A stretch of 64,000 nucleotides of DNA from Candidatus Segetimicrobium genomatis. GTDB taxonomy: Bacteria; Sysuimicrobiota; Sysuimicrobiia; Sysuimicrobiales; Kaftiobacteriaceae. Each line of letters starts with the position of its first letter. Within the stretch, counting starts at the first letter, position 1. This document shows positions 53,735-62,988 of the stretch, in pieces. The stretch covers positions 850 through 64,849 of the forward strand of contig VBAP01000060.1 of assembly GCA_005882335.1 (NCBI GenBank). The letters run 5' to 3'. A program made the position numbers and the translations under genes. A model generated the notes under the pieces. The model worked only from the letters and a program-made list of their open reading frames with translations, was not told where the DNA came from and made no database searches.

Positions 53735-55496
53735 GTCGCTCAAAGTGGTCATCCTGACCGGACAAGACTCCCCGCTTACCTGCTCGATCGTCTCGACCCT
53801 GGCGCACCTCCCGGAGGCGCAGGTGGCCGGCATCATGATCGACTCCGGACGCGTCTCTGTCAAAGCCCGGCTGCGCAAGCTGCGGCGCAATGTGCGACGA
53901 CAAGGGTGGTCCTACCTCTGGTTTCGGTGGTGTGGTGCGATCACCGACTGGCTGGAACGGCTCGCTGCCGGCGTGGTGCCCAAGTCAGAGGTTTCCACGC
54001 TGTTCGCCGCGGCGTTTCCCGGTCAGGCCCTGACCCTTGATCAGCTCGGCATGCTGCATCGGATTCCGGTCTTTCGTGTAGACAACCTCAATAGTGCAAT
54101 CGCCGCCGAGATCCTCCGGCGCCTGACTCCGGATTTGGGTGTCGTGATTGGTACCAGGATCCTGAAACGGTCGACATTTTCCGTCCCCCGCATCGGCTGT
54201 CTGAACCTTCATCTCGGCAAGGTCCCTCAGTACCGGGGGATGCCCCCCGGCTTTTGGGAGCTGTATGACGGGTACCTCAGCGCCGGCGTGACCGTGCACC
54301 TGGTTGACGACGGCCTCGATACAGGCGATATCGTGGCAGAGGAAACCCTCTCCGTCCACGACCGAGACACACCCGAGACCCTCAAACGGAGGCTCGAGGC
54401 CCGGGGCCGCGAGGTGCTCGTGCAGTCCGTCGTGGCGCTCGCGCACGGGGTGGTCACCCCGAAGGCGCAGCCTGCCGGCCGGTGGCCGGTACGAACTGCA
54501 CCCACCCGCCGCGAGCGGAAGGAGCTGGCGCGGCGGCTCCCAGCGATGCGGGAGCGCCAGGCGATCTGGATGCACGCGCTCAAGACGGCGTATTACCTCC
54601 TCTTGTACTACGCGGGCCTACCATCGCTGTTTCGCACCGTGCGGAGAATCCGTGGGAAAAGCCGCGCCTGCATCCTCCTGTATCACCGGGTGAACGATCT
54701 GGCCGATGACCCGCTGACCACGGACGTGCGCCGATTCGCAGAGCACATGATGGTCCTGCGCAAGTCCTATGCCATGGTTCCGAGCTCGGTGCTTGTGGCC
54801 AAGGTCTGTGGCGGGCAAATGTTCCAAACCAACGCGGTGACCATCCATTTCGACGACTGCTACAGAGATGTGTTCGTGAACGCCAGGCCCGTGCTCGGCG
54901 CCCTCGCCGCCCCGGCCACGCTGTTTGTGTCATCTGGCTATGTGGGGACGCAACGACGGTTTCCGCACGATGAATCCGGCCCATGGATCTTCGAGAACCT
55001 GCATCCCGAGGAGGTGCGGGAACTGATCGCCTGCGGCTTCGAGGTCGGCTCGCACACCGTCAATCATGTCGATTTGGGCCAGGTGAGTGACGACACCGCC
55101 GCGACAGAGTTGACCCAGAGCAAGCGCGACCTGGAGGCGATGACCGGCCGCCCGGTGACGCTCTTTTCCTTCCCGTTTGGACGCGAGACGAATATCCGCC
55201 CGGGAGTCACCGCGTTGGTCCGCCAGGCAGGGTATCGGGCCATGTTCTCGGCCCATGGAGGCTATGTAACCCGCGCATCGGACCCCTTCGACCTGCCCAG
55301 GGTCGGGGCCAGCGGCGACACGCGGCCGCTCGACCTGATCATGGAGATCGAGGGGCTGTCGCTCGGTGCGCTGCGACGGCGGTGGAGGAGGGCGTGGTGG
55401 TTCTGCAAGAAGCCCTCGGCTTCCCGCTCGCCAGAACGGACACCATCACCACAGCCAGACGATGCCAGACTCATTCGTGAGGAGGAAATGACGTGA
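53727..55496 (+). CDS. Fusion protein: N-terminal formyltransferase-like domain (Fmt/ArnA-N/PurN fold) plus C-terminal NodB-type polysaccharide deacetylase
   Basis: ATG 53727. NLHLGKVPQYRGMPPGFWELYDG...GVTVHLVDDGLDTGDIV forms the formyltransferase core. FDDCYRDVFVNARPVL...GSHTVNHVDL carries the NodB motifs. Confidence 0.7.
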   Translation: MPESLKVVILTGQDSPLTCSIVSTLAHLPEAQVAGIMIDSGRVSVKARLRKLRRNVRRQGWSYLWFRWCGAITDWLERLAAGVVPKSEVSTLFAAAFPGQALTLDQLGMLHRIPVFRVDNLNSAIAAEILRRLTPDLGVVIGTRILKRSTFSVPRIGCLNLHLGKVPQYRGMPPGFWELYDGYLSAGVTVHLVDDGLDTGDIVAEETLSVHDRDTPETLKRRLEARGREVLVQSVVALAHGVVTPKAQPAGRWPVRTAPTRRERKELARRLPAMRERQAIWMHALKTAYYLLLYYAGLPSLFRTVRRIRGKSRACILLYHRVNDLADDPLTTDVRRFAEHMMVLRKSYAMVPSSVLVAKVCGGQMFQTNAVTIHFDDCYRDVFVNARPVLGALAAPATLFVSSGYVGTQRRFPHDESGPWIFENLHPEEVRELIACGFEVGSHTVNHVDLGQVSDDTAATELTQSKRDLEAMTGRPVTLFSFPFGRETNIRPGVTALVRQAGYRAMFSAHGGYVTRASDPFDLPRVGASGDTRPLDLIMEIEGLSLGALRRRWRRAWWFCKKPSASRSPERTPSPQPDDARLIREEEMT

Positions 55497-56878
55497 AGAC
55501 GTGCCTGAGGTTGCTGCTCCTGGGTGTGATCGTCTTTGGGTGGCCTGTGGGGGGAGTCAACGCCGCCGGGTCGCTCGTCGTGACCCCGGACACCCCCACG
55601 ATCACCGTGGGGCAGACCCAGCAGTTCAGCGCGAGCGGGGTCAGCCCCGCCATCGCGGTGTCCGGGGGTGGATTTCACACCTGCGCACTTCTCGCGGACG
55701 GCACCGTGCATTGCTGGGGGCGGAACGACTACGGGCAGCTGGGGAACGGAACCAGCGTGTCGTCCCCCACAGCACTGGCCGTTCCCGGCATCGCCACCGC
55801 CATCGCGGTGAGCGCGGGAGGCTATCACACCTGCGCGCTGCTTGCTGATGGCAGAATCCTGTGTTGGGGGGCCGATGACTTCGGGCAGCTGGGGAATGGG
55901 ACGCGAACCCATTCGTCCACCGTCCCCGTAGAGGTCGCAGGAATCACCACGGCGACCGCTGTCTCCGCCGGCGCCTTCCATACCTGCGCGGTGCTGGCGG
56001 ACGGGTCGGTCCGTTGCTGGGGATGGAACGACCTCGGGCAGCTCGGCAACGGGACCGTGTTAGCCTCTGCCACTCCCACCCAGGTCACCGGCATCTATAC
56101 CGCGAGCACGGTCAGCGCGGGCGGTTACCACACCTGCGCGGTGCTGGCGGATGGGTCCATGCGCTGCTGGGGACGGAACGATAACGGACAGCTTGGGAAC
56201 GGCACGTTTACCCCGTCGGCCGTCGCCGCGGGCATGGGGGCCGGTGGCGCCGTGCCGGTTCCAACGGTCGTCGTGGGCATCTCCACCGCGGTCGCGGCGA
56301 GCAGCGGGTTCATGCACACCTGCGCCGTGCTGTCGGAGGCGACGGTGCGGTGCTGGGGATGGAACGCTTATGGCCAGTTTGGCAACGGCACCGCTGCGGG
56401 GTCGGCCATACCGACTGAGCCTGTTGGACTTGATCCCACCTCCGCAGTCTCGGCCAGCGAGTGGCACACCTGCGCGCTGCTGTCCGGCGGCGCTCTTCGA
56501 TGCTGGGGGAGCAATGACTACGGGCAGCTCGGCAACGGCAGCACGACCCCTGCCTTCACTCCGGTGGCGGTCTCTGGTGTGACGGCGGCCACCAGCATCA
56601 CGACCGGGAACATCCACACCTGCGCCCTGCTCAGTGACGGGGCGGTGCAGTGCTGGGGCAGCAACGATTACGGGCAACTGGGCGATGGGACCACAACGCA
56701 GTCCTCTGTGCCTGTGACCGTCATCGGGAGCCGGGTGACGTGGGCGAGCAGCGATCCCGGCGTCGCGACCATCGACACGACCGGGCTGGCCACAGGGGCT
56801 GCCCCCGGGTCGTCGACAATTACAGCGTCCTCCTGGGACCGCTGCGGAAGCACGACCCTGACCGTCGCTTCGCTATAA
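55493..56878 (+). CDS. Secreted RCC1-repeat (beta-propeller) protein with C-terminal Big_2-like domain
   Basis: Signal peptide. About seven repeats of GxHTCALLxDGxVxCWGxNxYGQLGNGT. The C-terminus ...VATIDTTGLATGAAPGSSTITAS is Ig-like. Confidence 0.8.
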   Translation: MKTCLRLLLLGVIVFGWPVGGVNAAGSLVVTPDTPTITVGQTQQFSASGVSPAIAVSGGGFHTCALLADGTVHCWGRNDYGQLGNGTSVSSPTALAVPGIATAIAVSAGGYHTCALLADGRILCWGADDFGQLGNGTRTHSSTVPVEVAGITTATAVSAGAFHTCAVLADGSVRCWGWNDLGQLGNGTVLASATPTQVTGIYTASTVSAGGYHTCAVLADGSMRCWGRNDNGQLGNGTFTPSAVAAGMGAGGAVPVPTVVVGISTAVAASSGFMHTCAVLSEATVRCWGWNAYGQFGNGTAAGSAIPTEPVGLDPTSAVSASEWHTCALLSGGALRCWGSNDYGQLGNGSTTPAFTPVAVSGVTAATSITTGNIHTCALLSDGAVQCWGSNDYGQLGDGTTTQSSVPVTVIGSRVTWASSDPGVATIDTTGLATGAAPGSSTITASSWDRCGSTTLTVASL

Positions 56879-56879
56879 A

Positions 56880-57965
56880 GTGACTGCGTTTCGCGAGTTG
56901 ATCTGTTTCGGCGAGGACTGGGGGCGGCATCCCACCATCTGGATCAACTCTCTGGGCTGGCGCACCCCCCGGCTCAGCTCACAAGACGTGGCCCGAGTCA
57001 TGGGCAAGGTGCGCGCCGCGGCCAGGGGCGTGCAGCGGCCGGATCCGAACCTGATGGTCTACACGCCGCTGGTCATGCCGTGGTACCGCTCCGCGCTCGT
57101 CCGTGACGTGAACGCTCGCTTCCTGCGGCGGGCTATCCGCAGCCTGGCCCGGCGCCACGGGTTCTCCCGGTATTCGCTGATGACCACCTATCCGGCCGTA
57201 GCGGAAGTGTTCGAACAGATGCGGGACGTACGGCGAGTGTACTATTGCGCCGACGAATACACCACGCGTCCCGAACTGCAACCCCAGCTGGCGAAGGCGT
57301 TGGAGACCAGGCTGCTGGCGGCCGTCGACGTGGTAGTGACAACGTCTCGGGCGCTCTTCGAGGCCAAGTCGGGGCTGCATTCGCACGTGGTCTATCTGCC
57401 GCATGGGGTGGACGTCGAGGGTTTCGCCAAGGCGGCAGATCCTGCGACGCCCATCCCAGACGAGCTTCAGGCGCTGCCCCGGCCAGTGATCGGATTCCAC
57501 GGGCTGATCGGAAACTTGATCGACCTCGACATCATCGACACGATCGCCGCGCGGCGGCCGGAGTGGTCGGTGGTGATGCTGGGTCCGACCAGCGTCTACA
57601 CGCCGCTGCTCCCACACCGGGCCAACATCCACTACCTGGGGGAGCGCCCCCATGACGAGATCCCCGCGTACCTCCGGGCGTTCGACGTGTGTCTGATGCC
57701 GTACCGTGTTGTGCCGGCACTGACCTATGCGAACCCGGTGAAACTCCGGGAGTACCTGGCGGCGGGGAAGCCGATCGTGTCCGCGCGGGTCCCTGAGGCG
57801 CTCCAGTTCGGGTCGCTGCTGCAGATTGCCGATTCCGCCGACGAGTTTGTTCTCAAGATCGAGCGCTGCCTATCCGAAGACCCCTCACTCGTGGCTCGGC
57901 GGATGGCGAGCGTGCGGAATCAGACCTGGGCCTCTCGCGCCGCGGAACTCGCCGCCGTGCTGTGA
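56880..57965 (+). CDS. GT-B glycosyltransferase (family 1/4-like)
   Basis: 361 aa. The C-terminus LREYLAAGKPIVSARVPE resembles the Glycos_transf_1 E-x7-E region. Confidence 0.55.
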   Translation: MTAFRELICFGEDWGRHPTIWINSLGWRTPRLSSQDVARVMGKVRAAARGVQRPDPNLMVYTPLVMPWYRSALVRDVNARFLRRAIRSLARRHGFSRYSLMTTYPAVAEVFEQMRDVRRVYYCADEYTTRPELQPQLAKALETRLLAAVDVVVTTSRALFEAKSGLHSHVVYLPHGVDVEGFAKAADPATPIPDELQALPRPVIGFHGLIGNLIDLDIIDTIAARRPEWSVVMLGPTSVYTPLLPHRANIHYLGERPHDEIPAYLRAFDVCLMPYRVVPALTYANPVKLREYLAAGKPIVSARVPEALQFGSLLQIADSADEFVLKIERCLSEDPSLVARRMASVRNQTWASRAAELAAVL

Positions 57966-59140
57966 GATCTCTCATGCGGGTGATGATCGTCATCGACGCT
58001 CGCCGGGTGTCCGGGCCCGCAAAGGGCGTCCTGGACTTCTGCGAATCTGTCCGCGGTCGTGTTGACCCTGTTGTCGTCGCCTTCCAGCGGGGCGCCGAGG
58101 GCACCGAGTTTCAGCATGAATGCCGGCGCCGCAGCATCCGGGTGGAGGTGGTCCGGGAACGGTACCGATACGACGTGTCACTGGTGAGCCGGACGCTGCG
58201 ACTGGCGCGCGTCCTTCGCCCGCATCTCGTGCAGACGCACGGGTACAAGGCCGATCTCCTCGGTTTCGCTATCCGCCGGTCTCTGGGAATCCCCTGGGTG
58301 GCCTTCAACCACGGACCGACGGATGAGGGAACCAGAATGCGGTTGTACCTCGCGCTAGACTCTGTGCTGCTCCGTCGGGCCGACCAGGTGGTCGCAGTCT
58401 CCGAAGCCCGACGGACCGCGATGGTGCGGACTGGGTGCCCGCCCGCACGGCTGGTGACGATTCACAATGCGGTGGAGATCCCCCAGATGGGTCAGGTCGG
58501 TGTGAGCCAGGTGCGACACGAGCTTGGGCTTCCATCTGACGGGCCCGTGCTCGCCGTGGTGGGACGCCTGAGCCCTGAGAAGGGACAGGGGTACTTTGTG
58601 GACGCCATGGCGGAAGTCTCCCGCGCCGTTCCCGGGGTACGAGGGCTGATTGTCGGAGAGGGACCAGAGGAGGGACGGCTGCGCGGTAGAGTCGCGGCGC
58701 TGGGAATGCAGAATGTCATCCATTTCCTGGGCTATCGCCGGGACATGGATCGCATCTATGCGGCGATCGACCTGTTGGTGCTGCCCTCGCTCAGCGAAGG
58801 CCTGCCCAACGTCGTCCTCGAGGCGATGGCGCACGGACGGCCAGTCGTCGGGACCCGTGTCGGCGGGGTGCCAGAGGTGATTGACGACGGCGTCACCGGC
58901 TGGCTCGTCGCCGCCGCAGACGCTCCCGCCCTGCCCCAAGCCACCCTGACGCTCCTCCGCGATCCGGCCCGCTGCGCTGCTATGGGTCGGGCTGCGAGCG
59001 AACGCATCAACCGCAACTTCTCCCTGGGGGCGCGAGCGGAGCGGATCCTGACCCTCTACGAGGACATGCTCCAACACCACACCGACCGCGGCACGCTCGC
59101 GGAGATACGCCTTACGGATCGATCCGCCGAGGTGCGCTGA
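57962..59140 (+). CDS. Family-4 glycosyltransferase
   Basis: SLSEGLPNVVLEAMAHGRPVVGTRVGGVPEVIDDGVTGWLV. The likely true start is ATG 57974. Confidence 0.85.
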   Translation: MRSLMRVMIVIDARRVSGPAKGVLDFCESVRGRVDPVVVAFQRGAEGTEFQHECRRRSIRVEVVRERYRYDVSLVSRTLRLARVLRPHLVQTHGYKADLLGFAIRRSLGIPWVAFNHGPTDEGTRMRLYLALDSVLLRRADQVVAVSEARRTAMVRTGCPPARLVTIHNAVEIPQMGQVGVSQVRHELGLPSDGPVLAVVGRLSPEKGQGYFVDAMAEVSRAVPGVRGLIVGEGPEEGRLRGRVAALGMQNVIHFLGYRRDMDRIYAAIDLLVLPSLSEGLPNVVLEAMAHGRPVVGTRVGGVPEVIDDGVTGWLVAAADAPALPQATLTLLRDPARCAAMGRAASERINRNFSLGARAERILTLYEDMLQHHTDRGTLAEIRLTDRSAEVR

Positions 59141-59144
59141 CAAC

Positions 59145-61025
59145 ATGTGCGGGATTGCCGGACAGGTGGCTCTGCAGCGCGACCGGGGCGTCGATCTTGC
59201 GGCCGTCCGCGCGATGACACGGGCGCTCGCCCACCGCGGGCCAGACGGCGAGGGCGAGTATCTTGCTCCCGCGGGCCGCGCTGCGCTGGGACACCGTCGC
59301 TTGAGCATCATCGACCTGGTTTCGGGCGGCCAGCCGATTTTTAACGAGGACCGCTCCATCGCCGTAGTGTTGAATGGCGAAATCTACAACTTCGCCTCCC
59401 TGCGCGCCGCTTTGGAGAAAGCCGGACATCGCTTCACGACTCGTTCCGACACCGAAGTCATCGTGCACCTCTACGAAGACCGAGGCGTGGACTGTGTCAG
59501 GGAACTGCGGGGCATGTTTGCATTTTTGCTGTGGGATGACCGGCAGGGACGGCTCCTCGCCGCCCGCGACCCCATCGGGAAAAAGCCCCTCTACTACGTG
59601 GAGCAGGGGGGGCTGTTGTCGTTCGCTTCGGAGATCACAGCCCTCTTTCAACTTCCCGATCTGCCGTGGCGACTCGACCCGGCAGCGATCGACCTGTACC
59701 TGTCGCATTCGTACATCCCCAGCCCGGCGACGATCCTCGACGCCGTGCGAAAGCTACCGGCGGCGCACCTCCTCGTGGTCGAGCGCGGGGCCGTCACTCT
59801 CAGTCGCTACTGGAGCCCGCCACAGGAGACCGTGGCGCTCGCGGCGGACGCAGAGCAACGGCTGGTCCACGCCCTGGAGGAGGCCGTCCGGCTCCGGCTC
59901 GTGGCCGACGTCCCCGTGGGGTGCTTTCTGAGCGGCGGCGTCGACTCGAGCGTGGTCGTCGCCCTGATGTCGCGCCTGAGTTCCAAGCCGGTCTGCACCT
60001 TCTCTATCGGCTTCGATCGCGAGGAGTACACCGAACTCCCTCATGCCCGTCGTGTGGCTGAGCTGTTCAACACCGATCACCACGAGTTCGTTGTGAAGCC
60101 CGATGCGGCCGGCGTGCTGCCCGACCTGGTGGCCAGCTTCGGCGAGCCGTTCGGCGACGCGTCTGCGCTGCCGGTGTGGTACGTGGCCCAACTCGCGCGC
60201 CGGCATGTGACGGTGGCCTTGAACGGCGACGGCGGCGACGAGTTGTTTGCCGGGTACCCCTGGTATGCGACCGGCGCCCGGCTGGCCGCGGCCGCGCAGT
60301 GGATCCCTCCTCTGGCGCAGGCGGTGCTGCGTCGCGACCCGGCACGCCGGTGGGTTCATGCACTTCCCCGCCGCGCCGCAAAGGGGCTCGATCTCGCCAG
60401 CCGCGACGACGCCGCTCGTTTCGCGGCGCTCCGCCGGACGCTGGAAGAGCCAGTGCGGGCGGGACTCTACACATCCCAGTTCGCGGCGCGGGTGGACGGC
60501 GCTGCGCTGGCCTACCTCGAGCAGACCTATCGCCAGGTGGGCGCGCGCGACCTGTTGCAGGCGATGACGCTGACGGACATGACCACCTACCTCCCCGAGG
60601 ACCTGCTGGTGAAGGTCGACCGCGCCACGATGGCCCACGCGCTGGAAGCTCGATCGCCGTTCCTGGACACCGATGTCGTCGAGCTGGCTCTGACGCTGCC
60701 GGCCAGGCTCAAGCGCGATGGGAATGGGACCAAGCGTATTGTGAAGAAACTCTTCGGGCCGCTGTTCCCGCCGGGGTTCCTGGAGCGCCCGAAGATGGGG
60801 TTTAGCCTGCCCGTGGACGAGTGGCTCCGCGGCGAGCTGCGGGGCCGGCTCGAGGCGCGGCTCTTGACGGGTGCGCTGGTCGACGCTGGGATCGTCCAGC
60901 CCACTATGATCAGGCGGTTGGTGAGCGAGCACGACGCCGGGCGATCCCGCGGGTCGGTGCTGTGGACGCTCCTCATGCTCGCAGAATGGTTCGAACGCTT
61001 CGGAGGGTCGGCCCGCTGGTCATAG
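59145..61025 (+). CDS. asnB: Second AsnB-family glutamine amidotransferase
   Basis: MCGIAGQV..., SGGVDSSVV. 626 aa, about 40% identical to the first. Confidence 0.85.
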   Translation: MCGIAGQVALQRDRGVDLAAVRAMTRALAHRGPDGEGEYLAPAGRAALGHRRLSIIDLVSGGQPIFNEDRSIAVVLNGEIYNFASLRAALEKAGHRFTTRSDTEVIVHLYEDRGVDCVRELRGMFAFLLWDDRQGRLLAARDPIGKKPLYYVEQGGLLSFASEITALFQLPDLPWRLDPAAIDLYLSHSYIPSPATILDAVRKLPAAHLLVVERGAVTLSRYWSPPQETVALAADAEQRLVHALEEAVRLRLVADVPVGCFLSGGVDSSVVVALMSRLSSKPVCTFSIGFDREEYTELPHARRVAELFNTDHHEFVVKPDAAGVLPDLVASFGEPFGDASALPVWYVAQLARRHVTVALNGDGGDELFAGYPWYATGARLAAAAQWIPPLAQAVLRRDPARRWVHALPRRAAKGLDLASRDDAARFAALRRTLEEPVRAGLYTSQFAARVDGAALAYLEQTYRQVGARDLLQAMTLTDMTTYLPEDLLVKVDRATMAHALEARSPFLDTDVVELALTLPARLKRDGNGTKRIVKKLFGPLFPPGFLERPKMGFSLPVDEWLRGELRGRLEARLLTGALVDAGIVQPTMIRRLVSEHDAGRSRGSVLWTLLMLAEWFERFGGSARWS

Positions 61026-61048
61026 GGCCAGGCGCGGCCGGTCACCCT

Positions 61049-61948
61049 GTGCTGAACGCACTGACGGTCGATGTGGAAGATTACTATCAGGTATCCGCGT
61101 TTCAGTCCATCGTCAGGTTCGAGACCTGGCCGGCCTACGAGAGCCGCGTCGAGCGCAACACCCACCGGGTGCTGGACCTGTTCGATGAGCACGCGGTGAA
61201 GGCGACGTTCTTCGTCTTGGGGTGGGAGGCGGAGCAGCGGCCGAGGCTGATCGAGGAGATTGCGAACCGAGGCCACGAGGTGGCGTCCCACGGCTACCGG
61301 CACCGCCCAGTCTACTCGATGACGCCGGCCGAGTGCCGGGACGACATCATCCGCGCGAAGCAGGTGCTCGAGGACATCACCGCAGCGCCTGTCCGTGGAT
61401 TCCGAGCGGCGAGCTTCTCGATCGTGGACCGATCGCTCTGGTGCCTCGACATTTTGACCTCGCTCGGCTTCGCCTACGATTCGAGCATCTTTCCCATCCG
61501 TCATGACCGCTATGGGATCGCCGGGGCCAGGAGGTTCCCACACGTCGTGCGGCGGTCGAACGGAGCCATCGTGGAGTTCCCGCTGTCCACCGTCCGGCTG
61601 TGCGGACAGAACATCCCGGTGGCGGGCGGCGGGTACCTGCGTTTCTTCCCCGCTGGCCTGATCGCGGCCGGCATTCGACGGATCAACTCCATGGAGCGCC
61701 AGCCGGCGATCGTCTACCTCCATCCCTGGGAACTTGATCCTGGACAGCCGAGGCTGGGGGGACCGCTCCCGAGGCGGCTCCGTCATTACGCCAACCTGCA
61801 GCGGATGGAGGAAAAGCTGCGCCGCCTGTTGCGTGAGTTTGCGTTTGGCACGGTGAGCACGGCGCTCGCGGCGTGCGGCGCGCTCTCGCCGACGCCGCGC
61901 GGGCAGTGGCAAGAGGCGATTGACGATGAGACCGCGGCGATCCGTTAA
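61049..61948 (+). CDS. Polysaccharide deacetylase, PEP-CTERM/exosortase-locus subfamily
   Basis: GTG start giving MLNALTVDVEDYYQVSAF, the characteristic N-terminus of this subfamily. Later ...GHEVASHGYRH... Confidence 0.75.
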   Translation: MLNALTVDVEDYYQVSAFQSIVRFETWPAYESRVERNTHRVLDLFDEHAVKATFFVLGWEAEQRPRLIEEIANRGHEVASHGYRHRPVYSMTPAECRDDIIRAKQVLEDITAAPVRGFRAASFSIVDRSLWCLDILTSLGFAYDSSIFPIRHDRYGIAGARRFPHVVRRSNGAIVEFPLSTVRLCGQNIPVAGGGYLRFFPAGLIAAGIRRINSMERQPAIVYLHPWELDPGQPRLGGPLPRRLRHYANLQRMEEKLRRLLREFAFGTVSTALAACGALSPTPRGQWQEAIDDETAAIR

Positions 61949-62978
61949 CTCCGCCTGGATCCTGAGTGTGATGCTGGCGAGTTGGCTGGCCTTCGGCCCT
62001 GCCGCGGGGGCCGAGTCCGACCCGCTCCCGGCGGTCAAGCAGTGGGAGTCTCGCATGGTCTCGGTGGGCCGGACCGTGTGCGACCTGCTCGGACGACCGG
62101 AGAGCACGGACCAGTTGCTGGCGCAAGTCTATTACGACGGGACGCGCGTATTCTTCCAAATGGCTGATTACACCAACGATGCGTCGTGGGTCGCGTGCGC
62201 ACAGCGGGCCGAGGCCGTGTATCGGGATCGATACGTGCTTCCGACCCAGGGCGCCGTCCCCGGTCACTGGAACTTCACCCGCGGCCTGGCTATGGATTAC
62301 CTGCGCAGCGGTGATCCTGCGTCCAGACGCGCGGTGATGCTGCTGGCCGAGAATGCCGCATTTGCGCGGGACGGAACGCCGCCCGCCTGGACGATGCCCG
62401 CCGAGGACAGCCGCGAGGTGGCCTATGCGATCTTGAGCTACCTCGACGCCGAGTCGGTGGGAGCGCCGCGGCGGGCGCGCCTGGCGATGCTGGTGGAGCA
62501 GGCGCTGGGACATCTCGATCAGTGGTTTGGGGCACGGACCGCCCCGGTGATCACGCCGTTTATGGCCGGCCTGACCGCGGAGGCGTTGATCAAGTACTAC
62601 GAGCAGACGCGGGATCCCCGCATCCCGCCGGCGATCAAGCTGGCGCTGAACTGGCTGTGGGCGCACGCGTGGATCTCGGAGAAGGAAGCGTTCTGGTATG
62701 ACAGCCGGGACACGTCCGCCGCGTCGCCCGATTTGAATCTGCTGATCGCGCCGGCGTATGCCTGGCTCTACCATCAGACCGGCGACTCCTTGTATCGGGA
62801 CACCGGGGACCGCATCTTCGCCGGCGGGGTCAAATATGCGTGGCTGGGCGATGGCAAACACTTCAACCAGAACTATCGATGGAGCTTCGACTACGTGAAG
62901 TGGCGGCGGACCACCGGGAGTATGCAGCTCCACACGCGCGCCGCTGCGGTGATCGGTGATGGCCGGGACAGCGACTAA
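61926..62978 (+). CDS. Secreted hypothetical protein (paralog 1 of 2)
   Basis: Signal peptide ...AWILSVMLASWLAFGPAAGA. Conserved blocks YYDGTRVFFQMADYT...AEAVYRDRYVLP...DLNLLIAPAYAWLY. Confidence 0.6.
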   Translation: MRPRRSVNSAWILSVMLASWLAFGPAAGAESDPLPAVKQWESRMVSVGRTVCDLLGRPESTDQLLAQVYYDGTRVFFQMADYTNDASWVACAQRAEAVYRDRYVLPTQGAVPGHWNFTRGLAMDYLRSGDPASRRAVMLLAENAAFARDGTPPAWTMPAEDSREVAYAILSYLDAESVGAPRRARLAMLVEQALGHLDQWFGARTAPVITPFMAGLTAEALIKYYEQTRDPRIPPAIKLALNWLWAHAWISEKEAFWYDSRDTSAASPDLNLLIAPAYAWLYHQTGDSLYRDTGDRIFAGGVKYAWLGDGKHFNQNYRWSFDYVKWRRTTGSMQLHTRAAAVIGDGRDSD

Positions 62979-62988
62979 TGCCGCGCGA

